Origin: Botryllus schlosseri
Lineage: Eukaryota
Assembly: GCA_051294905.1 (NCBI GenBank)
Contig: CM119378.1
Span: 2,234,001 to 2,298,000 of the forward strand
DNA length: 64,000 nt
Direction: 5' to 3'
Both the position numbers and the translations under genes were made by a program. Every line of letters starts with the position of its first letter. Within the stretch, counting starts at the first letter, position 1. Shown in pieces: positions 1 through 12,700 of the stretch. Under the pieces are notes generated by a model that made no database searches, was not told where the DNA came from, and was given only the letters and a program-made list of their open reading frames with translations.

Positions 1-423
1 TGGCTGGCAATACTGAAGTTGTGCGTACACTGCTGGTGACACACCGTGTTGCTTCAGTCTGACAATGGTGTCTACATCACAATTTTTCATCATGCGCTTC
101 TTGATATAAGATATAAGAACCAATGCCCAGGCAGTCTTGCTTCAGTTAGGATATTGCGGTACGTTGAGCACAACACCATGTAAAGCTATTTGTTTTATTT
201 CAATGTTTATGATTCACAATGAGCAGAAAAAGGCCCGTCTACAACGGTAGGCCTATAAAGTAGGCTACGAGCTGTAAAATGTCAAATGATCAGTTCGCCG
301 ACCGTGTGAACATCTACGATAGAAAAATTGAACAAAAATTTTGACTTTGTAAACGATTTTGACGATTTTTTGACCTAACGCTACAATTTTGACTTATTTT
401 ACAATGTCAAAAAAATCGCCCTA
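1..423 (-). mobile_element. Non-autonomous hAT derivative, left part (family of 40056-40913)
   Basis: Reverse complement of 40056-40480; terminus AAAATCGCCCTA at 423. Confidence 0.8.
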
Positions 424-570
424 ATCATACATCAAATATCAGATATATGATATTCCATTTATTGTACGGCTGTATTTGGCCCTATCTGTTTACATCATGA
501 CAAATGAGAAAAATATGTGCCGTACCCGAGAAATCACCTACAACCACTCACCAAGCCGAATTCGACTTAC

Positions 571-790
571 CCACGAAATTCTGTCTGCATTTGCATTGCA
601 CCTGTTCCCGATTGATTTCGCAAGTCGCATACTGCGAACAACCGCCGTTGTTGACTCTGCACATTTCCATGAAATTACAGTACGTGACGCCGTCTCCTCT
701 GTAGCCAGGCTTGCAGTAACAAGTGCCGGAATCCAGACAATAGCCGTTAGTGTGACATTTCGGGCTGCACACGTTTGACGCATTTCTCGA
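571..790 (-). CDS. Stabilin exon 42 (EGF; last exon in window)
   Basis: SRNASNVCSPKCHTNGYC...GYRGDG...NNGGCSQYATC...CKCRQNFV |GTAAGT. Confidence 0.9.
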
Positions 791-3700
791 CTGGAAAAAA
801 AATAACGTCAATATCACTTCAAGACATTTTGTGCTTTTGGTCAGTGTCGTAACCAAGTCACAAGGTTTCGAGTCACAAATCAATCTCACTTTCATGGTTT
901 TGACTCGAGTCAAGTTGAGTCATTTTTAATTCACCACCGACTCAAGTCGGAGTCAAAGTCAATGAGCACAGGGTTCAGGGCCGAGTCCAACTCGAGTCAT
1001 GATAGTCTGATGACTAGACTTGACTCGAGTCATTTTCCTAAAATACTGAAATGACTCGACTCGAGTCAATCTATGTATTGACTCAACTTGGACTCGAGTC
1101 ATTGCGCATGACTCGAACCAAGTCACATGACTCGAGCCTCAGACAGCCGAGACCGACATTTCATTGTAATTTCGAAGAATAGTAAAGTCACCACACTATT
1201 GAAATTTCTTCTATTGGTACTGGTACTTGAAAATGAGACCAGAAACTTCCAAAAGTGGGAAAAATTAGTATAATATAAACGTGAACCATTCGATATCGCC
1301 AAACAGAGTTATAACAGTGGATTTAACAAGACTTTGACTGGAAACTGAGCAGTCAACACAATGACTTGGACTCGGACTCGAATCATAATACCATGACCTG
1401 GACTCGAACCTCTGCTCGCTGACTTGGACTCGGACTTGACTCGAGTCAAAACTATAAAGTGAGATGGACTTGTGACTCGGAGCTGTTTTGACTTGGTTAC
1501 AACCCTGACAGTTTCGAGGATTATGACTCGAGTCCGAGTCCAAGTCACTGTTTTGACTGTTCAGTTTCGAGTTAAACTCTTGTTAACCCACTTTTTCCAA
1601 CTCCGCTTAGTGATATCGAATAATATTCCAATTTTACTCACTTTTAACACTTTCAGGTCGCATTTGTAAGTACTAGTACTAATAGACCAAATACCAATAG
1701 TGTGGTGACTTTACCGTTCTTCAAAATTCCAATGAAATGTCAGTCTTGGCCATCCAAGTCTCGAGTCATATGACTTGAGTACAAGTCAAGTCAATACACA
1801 GATAGACTAAAGTCTGATTGAGTCATTCTCCGAATTTTAAAAAATTGAGTCGATTCACAATTTTTGGTGACTCGACTTGACTCGAGACATTTTCTCAAAA
1901 TTCGGAAAATGACTCGACTTTAGTCAATCTGTGTATTGACTTGACTTGTAGTCGAGTCATGCCTGGAGCGAATACAACCCTGCTTTTGGTTAGTTTATGC
2001 GTGGTTACCAAATCTCGTAATATCAGTGAGAGATCAAATTATTATCATTCACCTGAGCACACTGCGGTCCGGTATATGTGGGGTCACAAAAGCACGCGCC
2101 ATCGCCGGTAATACCTTCATTGCAATGTCCGTGTGTGGTGCACTGGCACAACAGACAATTTCTACCATATCTGTAAAGTCAAGAACCCTGTGAGTTACAA
2201 ATCTACTGAAAAATTGTGATATTGGAGTCAACGATCATTAAATTACATACTCCAGATTTATGGACGAAGTTCCTTTACAGTTTTAAATTTCTTTCCTGAT
2301 ATTTACTGCTATAAAATGTCTGTCTGATGTGTCTCCGCGCAGTTCATATTTTTCATCCTCGTTTGCTTTCTTTGTTATGATTACTGGATAATTACAGTCA
2401 CATGTCACGGCGTATAGCATTGTTTCGTCATAGTTTGCCAAATCTGTTTTCATTTGAATTTCTGTTTGTTCGCCTGGCACTTAGAGTCACTATATTCTGC
2501 GATCAGAAAAAAAAGACACTTTTTACTAGTCACAAAAGATGATGAAGTAGCATTCATTAATACGGTACATTTGGAAATTTGACCGCTAATATTGATGCGT
2601 TGACTAAAAAGAGGTCATTTTTCCGACTCAAAAGACATGTCTCACATATAATCGGTTTGATTTGACCTATTTTTAGTCAACCTCGCCGTCGAAATCCGGT
2701 AATCATGTCTATTATGGGATATTTTAGTTGTCTCTGTACGATCGCCTGTCTCTCAAAGTTACAGAGGACGAATTGCGAAAAAGAAGGGCATTTGGGCGTC
2801 TTCCGAGGACATTTTTGGTTTCTTGAAAAAGGAGGACGTATGGTAACTCTGGTGTCAATGTGCTATTAACTCTTGGCAAAGGCCACACAAAAAGGCTTCG
2901 GGTTAGTCGGTTATACTGCAATGAATGTAGTCAAGTAGGCAACATCCAAGTTCACTACAGGTAGTCCTCTATTATAATAAAAGCAGGACAATCGTGTTTG
3001 AAGAGCACACTTTTTTGGGGTAATCGAATAAATGAATATGCACTCAATCCATATCGAACCTGCCAGTCTCACAACGTTCACATGCAACTCCCGTGAAGCC
3101 AACCTTGCATTGACATATCCCAGTTCCATTGACACCATCACTGCATTTTCCATTCCCACTACAAGGCGAGTTTGCTCCTCCTGTACACACAAAAGGGTTA
3201 CGAGCCACTTGAACAAAGCTGTTTTCATCAAGATAGCGTAATGGTGGAGCTTCCAGCTCCTTGATTGGTGGATCGTAGGTGGTGGTGTTCAATTACCGCC
3301 GGGCCAGACCAAAGACCTGACTGGTAACACTGGTAACCATGGCTTCCCCTCTTGGCGCTCAGCCTTACCGGGATAGCATGGAGCAATGGTGCAAGACTTA
3401 GAAATCCTTACAAGTCTATATCTGCATATTCACATCATGCACGTCGTGTATATGTATATCATGAGTCGGTGTATATGCACCAAAAAAAAGTCATAAAACG
3501 TGATATTCCTATTGCTATTCTTACCTGGACAAGGCTGGCACCACGGTCCGTAGTAGTGTGGACAGCATTGATGCACTTTTTTATAACTGGTACAAGTTAT
3601 TGAGCAGCCCGGTACATTTACTTGAGATCCCGACCCGGTGCTTGGGATTGGTAGTGACTTGAAAGAAAAATGTTCTTGTCTATTTCTTGATTGCCACCAA

Positions 3701-6700
3701 GAAATCATATCAGCAGAACTAGCATGCAACGAGAGCTCTGTGGAAACTACAATGCTCTCGCATAGGACTTGACTACAACAAATAATCGATTCAATAACGG
3801 GGCAGTATTTAAATTATAATGCAAATTTCAAAATCCTGAATCAAATGCAAATCTTGGATTGTAAAGGCGAGTAATCGTAGTTATAGTAGTCAATTCATTG
3901 TCAATCCATTCTGCGATGTAAGAGACTATGATAGGGCAACCAAACTGGCAGACCGCGATCCGAATCCAGACCTTACTACATAAAGAATAAATTTCTCATA
4001 CGCATGTCCAGTGAACACCTTCCCCACTGCCTTCGATTGATTCACACCACTTTAGAACAAAAATATAAAGAACTAGCAAGGAATAAAAAGAAATGCTAAT
4101 TCTGTCACCATCTGTGACAAATAGAACAATAACTACATTACGTTTATTGCTTTTGCTCAAACCCCTGTGCTGTAATGTCTATGTATAGCATATTACATTT
4201 GTATGAGTCTAAATTAACTCATGAGAGATATATTGGACCTAAGCAAATTTTTATCTTCTTCAACTGCATAAAATAGTTCCAAATGTACGAAATCACGATT
4301 GCTCTATAAAGGCTGTAATATATTTATATCGCAGTTGAGTTCAGATGTTGCAAGGAATGATGAAATAAATAATTGAATAATATATTCATATTGAAATGAA
4401 CCCGAATATTTTCGGCTGACACTCGTCAGGGGTAATCGTCAGCAACTAGTAGAAAATGGGAAAGAACATTGTATATCAACAATCGTATCACCAAATATGA
4501 CGTCACCGGCATGAAATTTTGAAAATACTCGGGTTCATTTCAATTTGAATATACTATTCAATGGTATATCGAAGTTCTGTACCTCGAAAAAGCAGTTCAG
4601 TTTTACGACATGTCTGGCACCCAAACCTCTAAAAAGTCATTTGAAATTAATTCGCAGTTTGAAATCTTGACTCCAGAATTGAAGGATATTGAAAAATTTT
4701 CAGATGCAATATACTCACGCATGTATCTCGCGATACGAGTGTTGTATTGGCAGGACACGTCAAGTCTCTGCCGACACAAAGGCCGCAAGGAACCGTCGAT
4801 TCAATAATGGCTTCATCGTCGCAACGGCCCCCGATAGAAGGGGGATCTAGAACCTGTCCAAGTATATTCAAATCTCAAGACAAAGTTTATGAACCGTGCT
4901 GGTGTAAATTGAAAATGCAAAATAATAACATGATGGTGTCAATTTATTGACTGAAAACTTTTCGACAGACTCTCACCAGTTGCGCGCGGCCGTAATAACG
5001 CGAAGCAAATTCGAAAGGTAGCACATATTCTGCCTGTGTTACGTGATTATCTTGATAACAAACAAAATGGTAATGAGTGTATTTCAATTGTCAATATAAG
5101 AGCACAACCGACATCAGATTTTTGTGCCGATATGACTAAAACCAATAACTACGGCCTTCACCCCAGAATCTTCAGTCGATTTCCAAAGATATGGATCTAG
5201 CTTAAGGTGCCTTTTCAAAACAACTGAGTTATTATTTCAACAGATTTACAGCTATTGCTATACTTGGGCAAGAAACAAAGTGGGCATCTGGGCATCTTGT
5301 AAGCTATCACATATATATCAGCATTCGCAGTGTAACAGTCGCAGATTACTGTTCTACGACTCCCCACTACCATGTCGTGACGCCATGAAAACTGCCAAAT
5401 TTTTTTTAGCTCAAAATTAATTTTCTCAAAATGTTCTTCAGATATGACTAGCTATGTGATAAAATTGTAAGGTTGGTGAAAACAACGCTGCACACCAACT
5501 TTGGCTCAATTCCAACCGGTAGAAGCGAGATTCTTGCAGTAGAAAGTTTTGAATTTATCAATAAAAATAATATTTCAAAATTTTATTGTCAATCCCATAA
5601 AATTGTTAGGCTGTCAGTAGAGATGATGCATGCCAAATTTGGCTCAATTCCAACCACTAGAAGCGAAGTTATGGAATAAAATAGTATTTACGGTGGCTAA
5701 CTCTATAATTGTTTATTATAAAATCATGGAATTGGAAATTTTTCTACTGCAATAACTTCGCTTCTAGTGGTTGGAATTGAGCCAAATTTGGTGTACATCA
5801 TTTCTACTGACAGCCTAACAGTTTTATGAGGTTGACGGAAAAATTTTGAAAAGTTTATTTTTATATCTTTTAATTATAAATTCAAAACTTTCCGTTGCAA
5901 GAATCTCGCTTCTACTGGTCGGAATTGAGCCAAATTTTGTGTACAGCGTTGTTTCATCCAATCTAACAATTTTATCACATAGCCAGTGAAATCTGAGAAT
6001 TTTTTTTTTGAACAGCCCTACTACACAGCGACGATATTGTGTGTCCAAATTGACAATATTCAAAAAACTTAGGACCGAACGCGCCGCACCTGGTCCAGGA
6101 CATAAACGGCAGACTTTTTCTCTTCGTCAGTCTGAGTCGTGAAATGAAACACATCCACGCCTACAATATTGGCCATGCCGTTGTTTACAACCATCTGCCC
6201 GTATATGTCCGGTGAGGCTGCGCATTGCACGGTAATCCTGTAATGTCAAGACATGCAGGAATATTTATTGAGCAAGGACTAATACTGGCCGAGGCTTGTG
6301 CTCTGTCCCATTTTTCATTCTATTTGAACCATATTAATTTATTATCATTCCTTAATTTGAATGGTATAGTCATATTGAAATAAAGCTGACACATTCCAAG
6401 GGTAATCGTCAGAAACTAGTAGAGAATTGTGATGTAGACACCATTATCAGAATGAAGCAACACTGTGTGTTCAGTGTTGTTAGCCAGCAACTGCGGCTGT
6501 TGAACGTTCTTTCTCCATTCTTGGCAAGCTACTTAGTAAGGACAGACAATTTTTACCCGAGAATGTAGGAAAGTATCTTTACCTTACTACAACAAATTTT
6601 TAATTATTTCTTCCATAATGCGTGATATAACTACTGGAATTCTTCATAGGTACGGATTTCGTTGAAATAAAGTTTTTTCATGCTAAATTTGTCAGTTTTT

Positions 6701-9700
6701 AAGTAAAAAAAGGTTTTTCAGGCCAAGCTACTTCGTAAGGGCATACAGTTCTAACCACAAATGAAGATAAATAGTAAAATCCGAACATTATATTCGAAAA
6801 CACCTAATTTGCATACATAAGGTCAAAATTTCGTCAAAATTAAGTTTTTTAAGGTAAAAAATGTTAAAATTTTGATTTTTTTAGGTCAAAATATTCCACT
6901 TTTTAGGTCATAAAAAACCGCCATAATCATGACTCTACGACTCTACGTCTAGTGGCTGCCGGGATGTGCAATATTACCCTCTCGTGATCAGAAATTGGGG
7001 TGGTTGCCGGCTTTTTATTGATGTTTCAGGTCATTTGTCGAGATTTCAGAATCCCTTTTTTTCGATTTAAACAAAAAAATTCTTTCCACTCCACTCTACT
7101 GCAAAGCGCATCGTTGCACTCTATATATCGTAATTATCAACAGCTTCCATCAAAAGTCAATCTCACTTTGAACCTTGCATCGTCCTGAGATCGGAATCCT
7201 TCGCCTCAAAGTCCATGATCGCTGTTGGAGTGATGAACGCCTCTCGGATCATGTGATACCTGAATTATATAAAACGGAGCCGTACTGTCTGTGGTAGAGA
7301 TCGAGCACCTTCACGGATGGCCCGTATATATTCAGTCAATAATCAAAAGACATGATATCTAGCAAGCATCGCTGCTTGGACTTGGACTTGACTCGATGGT
7401 GAATTACAAATGACTCGACTTGTCTCGAGTCAAATCTATACATGAGAGATTGACTTGTGACTCGGAACCTTGTGACTCGGTTACAACCCTGGTTCTAGTT
7501 GATAGTTTTTGAAAAGTGAGTAAAAGTCTAATTTCCTGTGATGTCACGAAAATTGCCGATATTTGTTTGCCACTAATGCCCGTCACTGATATTTCTTTTG
7601 ATGTGTGATATCGTCTGGATATTATCGGAGAACGGACAATTACAATCGGTGGGTCTCTAGTGATATTGTAATGATGATAGAAAAAATGTCACTGACCTGA
7701 TGTATTCACTGGCGTACGTTGTGTCGTCGCGGTTCATCAAGGATCGCAATCGTTGGGCTGTCTGTTTGCGGAAAGCCTCTTCGTTGGGCAGCAGAAGCAT
7801 CCAAGGATTGTGCAACGGGTATTGTAACGTCTCGAGCTCTCCCGACGTTTCAAGAAGCTGACAAAACATAACATCCAATTATATATTATAGGGTTACCAT
7901 ATCTTGGAAATCTGAAATGAGGACATTTTTTTAAAATTTTCACACTTGCAAACCGGAGGAAAATCCAGAAAAAATGGTCAACTTTCCGGCCCAGCTCACA
8001 AAATACCCGCCAGAGCGTTCCTCCACCGCTGATTTACTCTATCTAAGTCTATTTTGCCATATATTAAACCAAAATTCTCAAAAAAGAGGACAAAATCTCA
8101 AAAAATAGGACATTTGGCCGTACTCCGCTGGACAATTTCAAACCCTAATATACCAGGGTCAAACTCAATTTGGGTCGTGGTCCAGATTGAAAACTTTTGA
8201 TCGCTAGCAGGCCGAACCAGTCAAATGATTACATAATGTTACCACCAAATACAAAATGATTCAGTATGAAGCCTATATATAAGATATAATATTGCGGATG
8301 ATAGGGGCTGTATTGGGGCAACAGATGTATTTACAAACAAAGGAAGTGGCAAAAATACGATTAGAGGCCGATTGCAAAATTACTCGACTCGAGTCAATCT
8401 GTGTATTGACTCAACTTGGACTCAAGTCATTGCCCATGACTCGGACCAAGTCCTATGACTCGAATCTCAGACAGCCAAGACCGACATTTCATTGTAATTT
8501 CGAAGAATAGTAAGTTACCACGCTATTGGTATTTCGCCTATTGTTACTGGCATTTGAAGATGCAACCAGAAACTGTTAAAAGTGAGGAAAATTAGTATAT
8601 TTTAAGTGTGAACCCTTCGATATCACTAAATATAGTTATAAAAAGTGGTTTTAATAAGACTTAGAATCGGACTTGACTCGGTGGTGAATTAAAAATGACT
8701 CAACTTGACTCGAGTCAAAACTATAAAAGTGGGATTGACTTGTGACTCGGAGCCTTGTAACTTGGTTACAACTCTGCCAAATCCCTTGTTTTAGTAGAAT
8801 ACAGCAGTTTACAGCAGTTCAACTATGAATATGAATGCTGCAATTTGGTTCATTATTATTTCATCATAGTCCGGGTTTCTACAGAAGCTTGAGGACCTTT
8901 TGAATTAGACGTTATAAAACAGGACAAGCACAAATATTTTAATTGCACTCTTCGTTTAACCATCATTTTCTCTATGTAACTTGCATAGAACGGTTTTGCA
9001 TTGCCGTTTTCGCCCCTGTGTATAACTGCGTTTTTATCCATTTTCTAGGAAACTCAGAACTCATCTTCCCGCAATTTCGTGACGATTTTACCAACTTAGT
9101 AATAATGGTGACTAGAGCAGAAACACAACATTGCTGTATGATAGTTACAATGTGAGAAATCTAATACTATATTAAAAATGCTTTCTTATAAATGTGATAG
9201 ATAATACCAGTATTGTTTCATTTACTCAGAATTTAGAAGGGCTCAAGTAGGTTTTTGCTACTCGCACTTCTCCCTCAAGTGGTTGCAATTTTAGACAGGG
9301 GTCAAGGTTACAAATCACTGCACTAGAGCTACATTGAAACATAGGATTATTATACAGCAAGACACTTAGTTAGCCTTACTCACTGTCACAACCCACTGGA
9401 ATCCCCTATCGAGCAACACTTTGGTGTTTTTGTACAAAGGCGATGTTTTAGCCATCCCCTCGTCCATGTAAGGTTTCAAAATCCGAACTATTTGCGTTGG
9501 CTCCGCTTTCGAAAATACTCTGGTCAGCGACGTGGGAATGATTGGACGATCGATTTCGTATAGAATCCCATTCCAAAACTGCAGCGGACTCCTCAAGACG
9601 CTGAAAAACGGTGGATTTTGAGCGCAAAAGGCTATGTCTCACATGTAGTGACTAAAGTCCAATCAACATCGGATTTTTGAGAAACCGATAGCACCTATAT

Positions 9701-12700
9701 ATCGTTAAACCCGATATATTTAAAAAAATTGCATCGAGCCCGATGCTCTTCCACCGATTGTATCGTACACCCCGGTGCCAGGGTGGACAAACGTCGGCAA
9801 GACTGTGTGCGCAATGGTTCTTATATCAAGAAGCGCATGATGAAAAATTGTGATGTAGACAACATTGTCAGAATAAAGCAGTGTTGTCAGTCAACAACAG
9901 CTGCTGTTGAACGTTTTTTCTTTATTCTCGACAAGCTACTTAGTAAGGACAGATACTTTCTACAGGAGCATGTAGGAAAGTATCTTTCGTTGTACCACAA
10001 CAAATTTTAATTATTTGTACCATAATGCGTGAACGATACTGGAATTCTTTATAGCTCCAGATTTCGTTGAAATAAATATTTTTTTCATGTAGAAATTTGT
10101 TAGTTAAAAGTTTTCTCAGGCCAAACTAAGTCGTAAGGACAGACAGTTCCAACCAGACTTGAAGATGAGTAGTACAATTCTAACATTAGGTGTGAAAACA
10201 CATAATTTACATACATGAGGTCAAGATTTTGTCAAAATACAGTTTTTAAGATCACAAAATGTCAAAATTTTGATTTTTTTTCGGTCAAAATCTGATGTTT
10301 TTAGGTAAAAAATCGCCATACCATAGTATTTTTTATTTTATTGGCGCCGCGATAGCTTGACTTGCCGCCAATGCATTTTAGAAGGTTTCAACTCCTTAGT
10401 ATCATAGAAAGTGAAATGTAAATTACTTTAATCAGACCACGTGTGTGAGTTTAGAGTGGCAACACGAGCAAGTTTATTAACTTAAGTGCTGAACTTGGGA
10501 TAGCCAATTCGTGAGTGTGATTTCGACTCGTTATTATCAGCAAACCAATAAATGATAGGCCGTGCTCTATAGTCATCATCTTACTTGATTGTGTTATTGA
10601 TTACAAAGCCGGAAGCCGTCTCTGAAATATCCAGTACGTCGCCAGCCAGCGTTCTGATTTTAGTCACGCCTGTCAAGTTGGTCTTGTCGAAGCACCCGAC
10701 GATATGACTGAGGTACAGCTGTAAAAAAGCAACATACACTGACCACCGAAAATCCTGGAAGTCCTTCAACCTGGGATGGGTCAGTGAAAAAATATTTCTG
10801 CCATCTATTCCAGGGACATCTAGAAACTAGTTCTAGATATCCCTGATCTATCCGAGCGGTTATGTATTTAGATTATCTTCACTTCCTCTTAGAAGAAGGG
10901 TTACCATCAGTTTTGTAATGGCTTGAGTCATGACTCGACTCGGGTCACGATTTTCTGATGACTCGAGTCATTCTATCAAAATACGAAAGCGACTAGACTC
11001 GAGTCAATATGTGTATTGACTCAACTTGGACTCGAGTCATTGCGCATGACTCGAACCAAGTCATATGACTCGAGACTCAGACGGCCAAGACCGAAATTTC
11101 ATTGTAATTTCGAAGAAGACTGAAGTTACCACACTATTGGGATTTCATCTTTGGTACTTGCAAGCAACCAGAAACTGCTAAAAGTGAGGAAAATAGTATA
11201 TTATAAATTCTAAATCACTAAACAGAGTTATAAAGATTGAGTTATACAAGACTTTAACAGGAAACCGAGCAGTCAACACAATGACTTGGACTCGGACTCG
11301 AGTCATAATACCATGAGTCGGACTCGACCTTCTGCTCGCTGACTTTGACTCGGTGAATTGAAATGACTCGACTTAACTTGAGGCAAAACTACAAAGTGAG
11401 ATTGACTTGTGACTTGGTCACAACCCTGGTTACCATACGAGGATTTGTCCTACTTTTTCAGGAAATCGAAAATGTCCTCTGAGGACGCCCGAATGACCTC
11501 CTTTTTGGCAATTTGTCCTCCTTTATAGCTTCTCCAGCCAGAAGCCAACGGGCACATCTAATAACCCCATAAATGACGGAAAATTTGGAATTTTGGTCTT
11601 TCTGGAGTCCAGTTGGAAAAATGACCTTTTTTTAGTCAACACGATAGTATTTCCTGAAGAGATTGCTAATTACCTGTTTTCTCGTCCAATATTATTAATT
11701 TTGTGAACTGTGAAAAGTATCCTTTTCTCAGGAGGACCTCAAAATTTTGTAACCCTACTTAAAACAGTATTTGCATAGAGCAGTGGTTCCCAACCTTTTT
11801 GGTCTCGTGCCCCCCTTGGCCGATATTTGAGCTAAAATTTCCCCCTATGAAAACGTTGCCTGTGACTAAAAAAATGTGCTTTTTAACGCGCAACCATTTG
11901 TCGACTGAGCAATTAATGGCCAACATATTCAGATATGTCCGAACTATGGCGAATGCGGACCGCACCAAACTTTGGTAAAGTTCAGTCAAATTTGACCTGT
12001 TTTTGACCGGTCGGGTAGCCGCTGACGAAAAATAAATCACCAAGTCCACTTGCTATGGACTTGAGTTGAATCGATGAATTTGGTATGTTTTTTGAAGTTA
12101 GCTCATATGTTGGCTTAAAATGTTAAACAATTTCACTAGCGGCCTTGTGCTAAATTCGGCTTGACATTTTCCTGCTTAGTAGCAATGTGGTCGAGAGGCT
12201 GTCGTGGACCGAACGAAATCGTCTCGAGAGCCTCACTTTATCAGGGGTGTAATATCCACGGAAGGCGTTTAAACATACACCTAGCTTGAAATCCGCCAAA
12301 GAAACATACAATTGTAAAGAACTAATTTCTACCTAACAGTTCTATACCATAAAAAATTTGAAAACCTTGTAAACCCATTGTATCTTCCGATACAATGCAA
12401 AGCCAGATTTCCCCTACAAAAATTAAGCCAGATTCCCCCCTAAAAATTTCAAAATTCCCCATAAGGGGGGTATTCCCCCCGGTTGGGAACCACTGGCATA
12501 GAGGCTTAACCCTCCTCCCGCGGTCGGCCTCAGGACCGAATTTTAATGCATTTAGAAAAAGATTCATAAAATCTGAACCGCGGGACTTGAACCGACGCCT
12601 AATATATCGCTGTAATCAGGAAACAGGCGCCTAACCAACTGAGCTACTCTGAAAGCGAGAGAGTAACAGGTGATGCCCCTGTACCGGGAAGTGTTCTCAA

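Noticed and set aside
692..700. RGD integrin motif (also 36353-36361)
   Set aside because: Falls in the EGF consensus G(Y/F)xGDG where x varies (K, Q, T, E in other repeats); no evidence of function.
900..1960. Regularly recurring GACTCGAGTC palindromes as a CRISPR array
   Set aside because: Irregular spacing, no unique spacers, bounded by TIR/TSD, eukaryotic intron, no cas genes.
3044..3059. Premature stop (RFDMD*) making the gene a pseudogene
   Set aside because: The donor AG|GTTCGA at 3060 splices in phase to exon 41 (R-YGRNC), bypassing the stop.
12572..12653. Functional tRNA gene
   Set aside because: Acceptor and anticodon stems do not pair; kept only as a Pol III-like head.
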